DNA from: Leucoraja erinacea
Taxonomy: Eukaryota
Length of the DNA stretch: 64,000 bases
Assembly: GCF_028641065.1 (NCBI RefSeq)
Contig: NC_073410.1
Coordinates: 13,578,001 to 13,642,000, forward strand
Direction: 5' to 3'
Under the pieces are notes generated by a model, which saw nothing but the letters and a program-made list of their open reading frames with translations, had not been told where the DNA came from and searched no databases. Numbering within the stretch: position 1 is the stretch's first letter; each line of letters opens with the position of its first letter. Positions 23,753 through 35,700 of this stretch are shown here, piece by piece. A program made the position numbers and the translations under genes.

Positions 23753-26700
23753 ATTCATGGGTCGGTTCCCTTTCCTTTGTTACTGTCTACCTTGCGCTGA
23801 CTGAAGTGGGGCAGTTTGCACTGGGTGCCCATTTCAGGCTAGAAGTAGGAGCTAAACAAATCGCAGATGAGGGAGTTCCGAAACCAAAATCAGAACGTAC
23901 TTCAAACATTCCGCAGATCAGAGCATCTATGGGGAGAGAAACAGAGTCGATGTTTCAGGTCAATGACTCTTCAACCAAACTGGATGAATGCGAAGGCGAT
24001 TGTGTTTCAAGTTGCAAGCTGGTTGATGTAAATAGGTAGTGTTTTGGGTCGGGCCCCTTTTTCAGACTGATTGTAGGAGGGGAAGAAATCTTGGATAGAG
24101 GAGAGGCAAGACAAAGCGTGGCATGCAATAGGTGTACAAAGAGTAAATTGATTTTTGAGAGGCACATGGTTGGGACGAAGGCCAGAGATTAAAGCAGAAG
24201 GTTTGAGACAGAAGGATTGTGAAGCCAGAGGGAGGAATGCAGGATGAGGGGGATGTGATGTACAAGGTTTGTGTGTGCTTGAGCGCAGGTTATGTGTGTG
24301 CAGTTCTGTGTGACTGAGGTAAGGGGAGGATCAGACTTGGACATCTGGCCTCGATTGAGCCCAAACCTTCACTCACACACAGTCGTACAATTGCTCATTC
24401 ATTAGTTCATTGTTAAATGGCCCCTGAAGTGCCATTGCATGTTTATGTGGTGTTGGCTGGGTAATGGTTACAACATCACTTGGAAATTAAGAAGGGAGTA
24501 AATTGGGAAACCAGTCTCTGTTTAACTCTCTTTGTCTTCCTAGGTTTGGTTTGAACAGCATCCTGCCAATCTTCATGGTGCAAAATTCTACATCAAAGAG
24601 AAAATGGATCAACCACAAAAAATGCCACATCAATAACAGAAAATATCATTAAATATATTACATCAACAACACAAAACTACAGCAAGAATATGTCTGGAGA
24701 AATACTCGCAAGCATACTCAACAATACGCCTTTTATTAATTACAATTGTTTGTTGTTGTCAGTGGATGTTCTGTTCTGCTCCACAAACCTGCTGAACTTT
24801 CACTAGAATTACTATCTTAACAGGAGTCGAGCCTCCAAGATTCTGCCATAAAGTGACCCAAGACTTACCTGGTTTGCTTTGTCCTGTCTTTTGTAACCGT
24901 TCTTAAGTCTAGAATTTCTTGAAGATAATTGTAAAATGAATTGCAGGCGCCCACAGCAATCTCTACGGTGGAAAAAAAGAGACAAAATGCTGGAGTAACT
25001 CAGAAGGTCAGGCAGCATTTCTGGAGAACATGGATAGGTGTTGTTTCGGGTCAGAACCCTTCTTCAGTCTGATGTTCCCCAGAAGTGCTGCCTGACCCAC
25101 TGAGCTACTCCAGCATTTTGTGTTTTTTTTTGGTAAACCAGCATCTGCAGTTCCTTGTATCCACATTGTATGGCTCCATTGCGAAGTCTCCTCAAGGAAT
25201 GTCTATTTTGAAGAAGTTCCCCTCTCTTCAATAGGAGTTCTGTGAGACCCTCCCTCACTGCTCCCCCTCTGCTGCTCCAAGACTAAAGAAGGGTGCCAAC
25301 CCAAAACGTTGCATGTCCATGTTCTCCAGAAAAGCTGCCTGGACCCGTTGAATTACTCCAGGACTTTGTGTTTTGTAAACCAGCATCTGCAGTTCCTTGA
25401 GTCCACAATCTCTATTGGTACGACCTTGGGGAGAATGGTTAAGGTTCTTCATGTGGATGTTTCAGTGACTTTTTACTTCTAGTTCCTGAAGAAAAATTAG
25501 AATGTAATGCAGAAACACAAATTATTCTAAAGTTTTAACACAAAAGCAAGATAGTTGACCCAACAGATTCCAGACATGATCTGTGCTCCACTAGAACCTT
25601 TTTCCAACCATCTTTAACTTATAATAATAATAATAACTTTATTTATAGAGCACTTTAAAAACAACCACTGTTGCGACAAAGTGCTGTACATGACTAATCA
25701 TGGACAAAAAATTATTACACGACAATAAAAACATTAGAAGAGAGAGTAAAAACAATTTAAAAAAACCCCATTAAAAACACTAAAACAGGAGCAAAGTCTC
25801 ATACAGGGTCAAAAGCCAAGGAATAGAAATGGGTTTTAAGATTGGTTTTGAAGTTAGTTTAGTTTAGAGATACAGCGCGGATACTGGCCTTTTCAGCCCA
25901 CAGAGTCCGCGCTGACCAGCGATCACCCCATACACTAGTTCTATCCTACTCACTAGTGACAATTTGCAGAAGCCAAATAAGCTGCAAACCTGCACGTCTT
26001 TTGGTCTCACCCACTAGTGGAGTTATCTTCTCTACTGATCTACATCAGCTCATGGACTCAGTCCTCACCTTAATGAAACCCGAACCAGGTCTGGGGAACA
26101 GAGCCAGCAGTCAGATTCATCCAACCTGGATCAATGTTCTAATAGAACAGCATTAGCAACATATATTTTCCAGAGTAGGAAGGGAAACATTACTTACTCT
26201 TTAACTAGATGAGCCACAGTGCTCCAGTATTCCAGCACTTGACATGAATCCAAGATACTACATCCGGCAATAAGGGCATCATAGCAGCTGGTAGAGCTGT
26301 TGCAGTGGTGCAATGGTGCTTTACTACCACGTCTACATTGTACAGTGAAATACTTGTTGCGCAGCTCACACATGCATGAGTCGCCATATTTTGGCACTAT
26401 TTACAAAAAGTCCAAAGACCGGTCCATGCGATCGATGCACTGGAGCGGTTCCCAAAGCTGCTACAGGGCCTCCTCCGTCGCCCTCAACCGGCTCAGTCCA
26501 CCAACTGATGTCCCTCTCCTCCTCTTTCCTCGCCCGCCTGACCACCTCTGTGACCCGGGACACCTCCTGCAACCTTGAAGGCAACACCCCAGTCCCTCTT
26601 CCACCGGCCCATTCCTCGCACAGTCGTTGCCAGTGGCTCCCTCCTCCTCGGCAGCTTCCAGTCAACCCCCCCCCCTTGCAAGCACGGCCCGCCGGGTCCT

Positions 26701-27048
26701 TCATCCAGCCACCGGGTCTTGGGGAATCACAGCACCAGAGACCTGGGTTCGATCCTAACCTCGGTGCTGTCTGTGTGGAATTTGTACATTCTCCCTATAA
26801 TCGCGTTGTGCTCCAGTTTCCATCCACATCCCAAAGAGGTTTGTAAGTTAATTGGCTTCTGCAAATTGCCTCTCATGTGTAGGGAGTGGATGAGAAAGTG
26901 GGATAACATAGAACTCGTGTGAACGGGTGATCGATGGTCAGCATGGACTTGGTGGGCCGAAGGGCCTGTTTTGTAGCTGCACTGTCCTTGGGATCTGGGT
27001 TAATACAAAAGGTGATCATTTAAGGAGAGCAACAGAGTTAGGCTCTTT

Positions 27049-27162
27049 GGGGCTGGGCTGCTCGGTGCTGGGCTGGGCTGTTCGGGGCTGGGCTGAGCTG
27101 GGCTGTTCGGGGCTGGGCTGAGCTGGGCTGTTCGGGGCTGGGCTGTTTGGAGCTGGGCTGCT
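27049..27162. repeat. (GGGCT)n-based tandem repeat with a higher-order unit of about 25 bp
   Basis: Repeated gctgggctgttcggggctgggctga units visible. Confidence 0.9.
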
Positions 27163-27169
27163 TTGGGTC

Positions 27170-27537
27170 CCTCCAAAAGTCTGGTTGGAAACCTCCGCTG
27201 GATATCCTCAGCTCCAGTAAAGACGCGATGGCGTAGGAAGAGGCGGACCGTCCCGGGGAGTGACAGGGGAAGAGACTAATCTGCGTGGTGCTGCCTGGCA
27301 GGAGAAGTGATCGATCTGCGCACGCGTGTTTTTTAAGATTTTTAAACCTCACCAACTTTTACGACATTCAACCGATCAGAACGAAACTTGGTGCAATCGC
27401 AGCACAGGAGAACGGTGAGTGAACTGGCAAAAATCGTATCGTATCGCTATCGCTAACCGTTTTTGCGCAAATAGAAAGACTGCCAAACCGGAAGATAACA
27501 AGATCAGAGTTTTTGTTATGTAATATAGAATATAGAT
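27170..27537 (-). mobile_element. Helitron-like 5' fragment followed by an (ATAGA)n microsatellite
   Basis: Minus-strand start 'ATCTATATT...AAAACTCTGATCTTG' resembles the 5' end of the Helitron at 18343; no CTAG or hairpin end seen. Confidence 0.5.
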
Positions 27538-28406
27538 GGAATAGAATAGAATAGAATATAGATAGAAGAATAGAATATACTGTAGATAGATTGGAAAATG
27601 ATCACCAATGCGCCCACGGATAAAATAGTGGGACAACAAAGAACTAGTGTGAACGGTTGATCACCAAGGGTTGGTGTGGACTGGGTGGGCCAAAATACCT
27701 GTTTCCCTGCTGTACCTCTTAAAAAAATCAGCAAATGAGAATGTTTTTTACAATGGTGCAGTAACTTCTTGGCTGTATGGAAAGGTATTTAATTTTCCAA
27801 CTGCTGTGCCTTCATGAATCTGAATACTAGTCAGCTGATGTAATCATTGTGTTACAATAGCCCTAAGGGCGGGAGAGAAAACCATTCATTGTGCTATTGG
27901 GACTGCTGGACAGAGCTCTGGTCTGCGTCTTCATGAGATGACTGTACTTTGTGCTATAAGTTTCTTCCATTTTATTGACCCATAAAAATCAAACTTGCTG
28001 TGCAGAAAAATGAGAGAGCACATGTTGGAGCAATGCATTGTGCAATAAAGGGCCATCTCATGAGAGGTTATTGTGTGGATGACATCGTGTCCACAGTTTG
28101 TACGTTCTCCCCGTGGTCTGTCAGTTTTCTCCGAGATCTTTAGATTCCTCCCACACTCCAAAGAAATACAGGTCTGTAGGTTAATTGGCATGGTATGAAT
28201 GTAAAATTGTCCCTTGTGTGTGTAGAATAGTGTTAATGTGCAGGGATCAAGATTCAAGATAGTTTATTGTCATATGGCCCAGACAGGACAAGATAGACAC
28301 AAAGCATTATTGTGTGCCAAACAGTCAGCGGAAAGGCTATACATATATACAATCAAGCCGACCACCTTGATGAAGGGAATAACGTTCAGTGCAAGGCAAA
28401 GTCCAT

Positions 28407-28710
28407 GACACACTGGTCAACCTGAGGAGTACCTTCACCTACAGACTGGTTCCACCAAGATGCAGGACAGAACGCCACAGGAGATCCTTCTTCCCTGTGG
28501 CTATCAATCTGTACAACTCCTCCCCCTTCTGTAGTGGGGTAGACTGAGACTGAGACTGCCCGTCCCCCCCACCACCACCACCACCACCCTCCCCAATCTT
28601 TGCACATCCCCAATCCTTTCCACTTTAATTTCATGTTTCATGTATTTTGTGCTTATATGACTGTTGGCAGATCAATTTCCCTGCTGGGATAAATGAAGTT
28701 CTATCGTATT
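28407..28710 (+). mobile_element. Rex1/Babar-like LINE 3' end, inverted relative to the copy at 22372-22640
   Basis: Near reverse complement of 22375-22640 (ORF fragments 'FC.ASWWNQSV.EG.PQVDQCVM' on opposite strands). Confidence 0.75.
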
Positions 28711-29174
28711 GTAAAGTCTGATTAAAGATAGTCTGAGGGTCTTTAATGAGGTAGATAGTAGCTCAAGACCGCTCTGTAGTTAGACTCAGTTTCTGTTTAT
28801 AATAATTCTGCCAGAATGGGGTCTGGAATTTGTCCCATCAACATGGGGATCCAGTGACTGGAAACCAAACCAACATAAAGGAATCGCACTTTGAATTTGG
28901 CCGAAACTGCAAGATGACGATCTTTATTCACGGGCTGCACATTATCTCAGTGAGCGACGCCCCAACTCACAAACATGAAACTTCACATAAAACATCTCTA
29001 TTTTTCAAAAAGATTTTCTGGTTGCTATGCTGAGAAAGTTGGCAAAGCGTGTTGCTAATCAACCAATGCTTTCAGAGCAGTTGGTGCAGAAAAGGAATGG
29101 TGTCAAAATTGAAACCATGCGTGTCGATCCCTGTGGTTTCATGTGTGTACATTCCTGCAGTTTGCAGAGAACAG

Positions 29175-29740
29175 CTGGTTCATCTAGGTCTACGCCATCT
29201 CCCGGTTGCCAACCATTTCAATTCCCCTTCCCATTCTCACATTGACCTTTCCTTCCTGAGCCTTTTCCTTTGCCAGAATGAGGTCACTAGCAAATTGGAA
29301 AATTAGCACCTCCTATTTCACTTGGGTAGCTTACAACCCTGCGGTATGAATGTTGAATTCTCTAATTTTAAATAACTTCTACTAACACGCTCCTCCCCTC
29401 CCCCCTTGCCCCCTTCCTCCATGCTAGTCGTTCAACCAGTTCCACAGTTCACCACATTGTATCCCTCTTGAGATCACACCTTCCGCAACCAACAATGGGT
29501 CTACCAGGGCACCATCCTGCCTGAGGTCATTTGTTGTGGCCCTGATTTGTCTTGATCTTTCCTCGCCTCCAGTTCTTCCCTCCCACTCCCATCCCCTGCT
29601 TTCAGTCTGAAGGAGGGTCCCAACCCAAAACGTCACCTCTCTTTTTTCTCCACGGAGATTGCCTGACCCGTTGAGATACTGCAGCAATTTGTGTCTATCT
29701 TTGGTATAAATCAGCATCCGCAGTTCTTGGTTTCTACATT
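29175..29740 (+). mobile_element. Penelope-like element 3' fragment
   Basis: 'LPVANHFNSPSHSH..LS.L.L..CQNE..KLE' remnant of the GIY-YIG C-terminus, followed by the LTR-like 'ctgaaggagggtcccaacccaaaacgtc' segment. Confidence 0.7.
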
Positions 29741-30792
29741 CTAGCTGTTGCCCCCTGCCTGCTAAATTTGAACACATTCTGATGAAAGGCCGGCAGGGAA
29801 CAACTGCAAAGAGTTTGCATATCCCATGCAAATACCATGGAGAGGTCAGGGTGGCACAGTGACGCAGCTGGTAGAGCTGCTGCCTCACAGCGCCAGAGAT
29901 CCAGGTTTGATCCTGACCCCTGCTACTCACTGTACGGAGTTTGTGTAAGAAGGAACTGCAGATGCTGGTTTAAACCGAAGATAGACACAAAATGCTTGAG
30001 TAACTCAGTGGGACAGGCATCATCTTGGAAGGAATTCCTTCTCTCCAGAGATGCTGCCTGGTCGCTCAGTTATGCTGGAAAATCGAAGGTAGCAAAATTG
30101 CTGGAGAAACTCAGCGGGTGAGGCAGCTTGACAAAAATGCTGGAGAAATGCTGCCTCACCGCTGAGTTTCTCCAGCATTTTGTCTACCTATCTCTATCTC
30201 CAGATCTAAAAAATTTGCCCTTTAAACTTTATTAGGTCTGCTCATTTTTCTTCCAAAATTGTCACAATTTTCATTTCTCCGTGTAAATGTCATCTCTCAT
30301 GTGCCTGCCCAATGCATCCAATCAAGAACAACTTTTCCCCTGCTGTTATCAGACTCTTGCAATGACCTCTCATATGTTAGGGATGAATTTCTCTCAAAAT
30401 GACTATGATTGACAAAACTGCAGAACGGAAATTTGCCTCATTATTATCAATTGTTTGTAAAATAGTATACTTCTTCTTCCGTTTAGGGTGGGCTTTTGCT
30501 TCCAAATCACGACAAAGTCAATGCAGAATAATCTGATGCTAACTGCCCCATGTACTCATTTTGTCTCACCATGTCTGAGATATTTTCTCTGTTCTGCTTA
30601 GCCCCACCTTCTCTTTCACTGCAAACTAAGTGTTTCCCCTCGTTGAAACACAGTCTGTCTGTGCTGTATGCAACCTAGATAGCCGTGGGAGTGAGTAGGT
30701 TTATAAGAGATACCAGTCAATAGTCTATCTCCTGTGATGGAGACAGTGAGCTTGATAGCTGTGGGAGTCAGTAGGTTTATAAGTCGCATACC

Positions 30793-31665
30793 ACACATAA
30801 TCCTCTAGCATTTTCACCACCTCCAACAGGATCCCACCACCAGCCATCTCCATCCCTTTCCATAGAGACTGTTCCCTCTACAGCTCCCTGGTTAACTCAT
30901 CCCTTCCCATCTAAACCACCCCCTCCCTAGGTACTTTCCCCTGCAACCACAGGAGATGCAACACCTGTCCTGATACCTCCTCCATCCAAGAATCTCAACA
31001 ATCTTTTCAGGTGAGGCAGAAGTTCACTTGCACCTCCTCCAACCTCATCTACTGTATCCACTGTTCCAGGTGTGGACTCCTATATATCGGCGAGATCAAG
31101 CGCCGGCTCCACGATCATTTTGTTGAACACCTCCGCTCAGTCCCCCTAGACCTACATGATCTCCTGGTTGCTAAACACTTTAACTCCCCTCCTTTTCCCA
31201 TAATGACCTTTCATCCTCCACTGTCAGTGTGAGGCCCAAAACAAATTGGAGGAACAGACCCTCATATTTCACTTGGGCAGCTTACATCCCAGCGGTATGA
31301 ATATTAACGATTCCAACTGCAAGTAACCCTTGCTTTCCCTCTCTCTCTGTCCCTCCCCCATCCTAGTTCTCCGACTAGTTTAACTGTCCTCTTGATTACA
31401 TTTTACGGATTGTAAGCCTCGTTGTCACCTTTACCTCAGCGAACAATGATCTATTCTACATTTTCCTTGAACTTTGTCCCCTTTGATATCGCATTTTCAC
31501 ATCTTACCCTTCCATATTTCTATGTCTCCCTGATTCTCAGTCTGAAGAAGGGTCTCGACCTGAAACGTCACCCCTTCCTTCTCTCAGAGATGCTGCCTGC
31601 ACAAAGATCCAGTACTTTGTGTCCATCTTCGGTGTAACCAGCATCTGCAGTCCCTTTCTACACAG
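30793..31665 (+). mobile_element. Penelope-like element fragment with a GIY-YIG endonuclease remnant and LTR-like end
   Basis: ORF 31011..31232 'FTCTSSNLIYCIHCSRCGLLYIGEIKRRL..HFVEHLRSV'; downstream CTGAAGAAGGGTCTCGACCTGAAACGTC at 31543-31569. Confidence 0.85.
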
Positions 31666-31989
31666 CTGATTGTAAACCTAAACCTGGACTGCAGGCTCAG
31701 GACCACCCTGCGGACCGAACAGAGGCATCATGCAGCGTGACCGCCCGGACGCTGGGGGGCGGCAGACTGGGAGGACCAGCGGGAGCAACGTCATCAATGC
31801 GAATGGATTGAGGATCAAACCATTCCGGAACAATAGGGGGGTTTCATCATCCTGTAACAGAATAAAAATTATAGTAGACACTTGCACTGATATAAACGTG
31901 GTTGTTAGTTGTAACATACTGGATATAATACAACTATAATAACATTCTGATTTCCTGATTATAGTGAGGATGTTGATCTCCATTGATTA

Positions 31990-32360
31990 CAGTGAGTAGA
32001 TTAGCACGCCCCCAGGCTCCGCAGGGTGGGTGGGTCCGGAGTGGCTGCCGGGTCTCGCGGGACTTGGTGCCGGCGGGCGCGGGCGGACGGACGGGAGGCT
32101 GAAGGTGAAGCGGCGCCGGCCGGGCGGGACGACGGGTGAGTGAGTGAGTGGTCGTGGGGCTGGGCCTGGACCTGGGGCTGGGCTGATGAGTGGCCGCGGT
32201 GGGAGCCGCACCGTCACCGGCCGCGGGGAACCTGCGGACATGGACGCAGGAAGCGGGTGGAGGGTTCAAAGATGGCGGTGCGGGGGCCGGGGGGGGGGGG
32301 GGGGGGGGGACCGGTGTGGTGGTGGTGGTGGCGGCGGCTCTGGGGACGGTGGGTAGACGT
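31990..32360 (+). promoter_or_regulatory. CpG-island promoter with a non-coding first exon ending at 32135 (probable upstream NCOA4 promoter)
   Basis: High GC and CpG density, GC boxes (gggcgg), consensus donor GG|GTGAGT at 32136, no ATG in 32001-32135; assignment to NCOA4 is inference. Confidence 0.6.
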
Positions 32361-32407
32361 AGAGCCAGGTGAGGAGTGGAGGGGCTGGGGGGGGGGGGGG
32401 GGGGGAC

Positions 32408-32440
<33 letters not shown>

Positions 32441-32760
32441 GGGGGGGGGGGGGGGGGAGATGATGAGAATTGAGGGGTGCGTGGAAGGGGAGGTGAGTGA
32501 TTGGTGGGGGCCAGGGGATGAATGGAGGGGGAGGGAAAGTGCCAATGTGGAATGGAGGGGACAGGTGATGGGTGGGGGCCCAGGTGAGTGGAGGTGGAAG
32601 GGAGGTGGCAGGTAAGGAATGGAGGGAGGGAGATGAAGAGGGGGGGAGTGGGCGGCAGAATGAGGGAGGGAAGGTGGGGTGTGGAAGAGAAGGGGTAATG
32701 GCAGGTGAAGGGTCATGTGGGCCGACAGGTGAGGCATTGGTATTGGGGGGGGGGGCTCTC
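32289..32760 (+). repeat. Poly-G and G-rich low-complexity tract
   Basis: Several G runs of 10 to over 20 nt; source of the spurious poly-Pro and poly-Gly ORFs. Confidence 0.9.
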
Positions 32761-35700
32761 GGAAATATAGGTTCTGTTTATTAAATTCCTCAAATGTTAT
32801 AGTCCCGCCATCCTACTGCACTCTGTTAATTAGTGAAGAACACAATTGTAGATGGTGCTTGACAAGGCAGAAAACAAGTTATATTTGTTGATAGGTTAAT
32901 GTGAAGTGGGGGTTGAAGTAACCTGTGTCTCACATTAACTTGGACATAAACTGGGAGTCCTGTTCCCACCTGTTCCTTGTTCATTTTCTCTGTGATGTAA
33001 TTGTCACCATTGTTAATATATAGTGATAGACGAGAAGGGATCTGTGTGTAATGGCCTGTACCTTGAAAGTAAAATGCCCAAACATGCTTGTATAATTAAT
33101 AGGGAGAGAAATCAAAGAGGAGGAAAATACCTCGAACAAAACTTGTCTCTCATACAATATTTATGCATACTATTATTAGCCAGTTTGATGCGAGAACTCG
33201 CCTAATCAACACGCTTGAGCCATCAGCTGACAAGTCCACCGTTCCAAGTTATGTCAGATGCATCCTATGTTTAAATTGTCCTTGGGCCTCTGTCCTCAAC
33301 CACTCACCAGGCCCTCTCCCTTGCAAATGGTCCCTCTCCCACAGAGCCTCTGTGTGTGTGTAAGCAACTGAATTGTACTCCCAGCAGACTAGTTGTACCT
33401 GCTTTATTCCTTTAGACACTAGGTGCAGGAGTAGGCCATTTCAGCTAGCACTGCCATTCACTTTGATCATGTCTGATAATCTACAATCAGTACTCCGTTC
33501 CTGCCTTCTCCTTTTTTAGGATTAGGATTAGAATGTTACAGCCCAGAAAGGGTGGAGAGTGTATTCTTCTAGGGAAAAATGATAGACGATGATGACAATA
33601 TCACTGAGTACATAATCCTTTAGGAGAATATTATCTCACAGTGGGGTTTTGTTTTGTATTAAAATGCAAGATCCCTGTTAATTGTATTTAGCATAAACAT
33701 ACATAACCTTATGAACTGACTTGACTTTTGATTTTTCAGTTCAGCGGGTTTTATGTGGCTTGTTTCCTGGGAATGGAGATGAGCAGGAAATTTCTTTAGC
33801 CGGAAGGTGATGATGCTGTGGAATTTATTGCCACAGATGGATATGGAGACCAAGACATTGGGTCTTTTTAAAGCGGAGATCGATAGGTTCTTGATTAGTA
33901 AGGAAGACAAGGTTAGGGGGAGAAAGCAAGAGAATGGGGTTGAGAGAGAAAAATAGATTGGCCATGATCGAATGGCAGAGTAGTTATGATGGGCCGAATG
34001 GCCTAATTCTGCTCCTACGTCTTATGATACCCCATATAACCTGTAATAATCATAACAGGACAATTGAGCCCTGCAGATTTAATGGAAATATTATACAAGT
34101 AAAACACGTTGAATATCAGCTGCTGAGACATTTCCATTGCTCATGCCTGTGGCAGATTGCCAGGAACCTGGCTAGGCAGACGGAAACAACTTGCCTTACG
34201 TAACATATTTCACATCCGTTGGACATCATGAACCCCTTTTCTTTTCAAAAATTCTTCATTAGTGGCAATCACTGTTATACAGGGAAAGGTGGCAGCAATT
34301 TGTGCACAACACCATCTCCTAGCTCCTTAATAAGGAGTCTGTAAGACTTGTCTAAGATCTACAGTGCACACTATTATCATACTTGCATGAGTCGAATAAA
34401 ACCAAAAATACTTCAGAAATCTGGCATAAAAATAGAGAATGCAGGAAAGATTTGTGTTTCCTCAAATCACACAGAGACCCCGTAACGCTCTGCAGGCTCT
34501 CAGAGCTGTCATGTCAAAATCCAATTTCCCCACATATTTTCCTGTAACTAATTATCTCACAGATGCTCAACAGCTTGTCCCAGATTCTCCAAAAGCTTGC
34601 CCACATCCACTAATCTACCTACCAGCACAGCTCTGGGAAGTAGGAAAATCTGGAGTATGTGGGGAAACCCAATCAGTCTTGGAGAGAACTTGTAAACTCC
34701 ACACAGGCAGCAGCATGGGTTAGATTTGGTCCCTGAAGCTGTGAGGCAGCAGTGCACCTGCTACACCACTGCCACTTATTCGGTAGGTTAGACCACAAGA
34801 GGAATGGTGTTACTGAAAGAAAAATAGAATTACTGTGCTAGGTCAAATATCTTTCATTAAAATAGGAAGGGAAAACAGGTTAGTTTCAAGAGAGTGGAAG
34901 AGGGACAGATGGGATTTTTATGATTGAGAGACACCAAGGTTGCCATGGGGATAAGCTATTGATAAAGTTACCTGCTGGGCAATTAGAAAGAGAGCATGAA
35001 TCAATCAATTCCATCAACTGTATTAGAAGTACTTTCATAGGAGCAATGCAACCCTGTAGAAGTTCTCACAGCTTTTAATCTGGTGCCATTTCATCCATCG
35101 GCTCCTCTCGGTACATAATCATCATACGGGTGGCTTTGGGCCAAGTGGCATGTTTTTATACTGCCTTTTCCATGCAATATCTTCAATCAACTGACTTGAA
35201 ATGCCTGGTATCACCAACCAGCTATTTAACTTTTGAATAAAGGAGTATTTTCAATTCCTATTGTAATGATACAAGCACCTAAGGTGTTGTCAAATAAATG
35301 TTAACTGCAGAGGGGCTAAAGTTCATTTGTTTTCCAAAGTCTTGTATCTCCAAAGCAGTTTTTACCCTCCATAGCTCAGATCATGTCTTTGATCGTGAAT
35401 CATTAACAATTATCAAAGATTCTGAAATACCAATTTTATAGTTTTCCTGATGCATCTACATAGAATCATAGCAAAGTACAGCAGTTGAACTGGGCCTCTG
35501 GCCCACTATGTTTGAACCGATCATGATGCTAATCTAGTGCTTCCATGTGGTCCATATCCCTCTATTCCCAGTCTGTCTAGATATTATTAAATTGATGCAG
35601 TTGTAATTTAAACTACTGTGTGTGCTAGTGCTTCCATGACAAAATGTGCCCTCTGTAAGGTGACAAACCCATCCGAAAACCGGCCATTTTTCCAGGATGT

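Noticed and set aside
26198-26257. Isolated minus-strand exon-like segment with a GA|GTAAGT donor
   Set aside because: No recognisable peptide or partner exon, and the acceptor side abuts a SINE
31934-32784. Proline-rich and glycine-rich ORFs (formin- or extensin-like)
   Set aside because: Translation of poly-G and CpG-island low-complexity DNA
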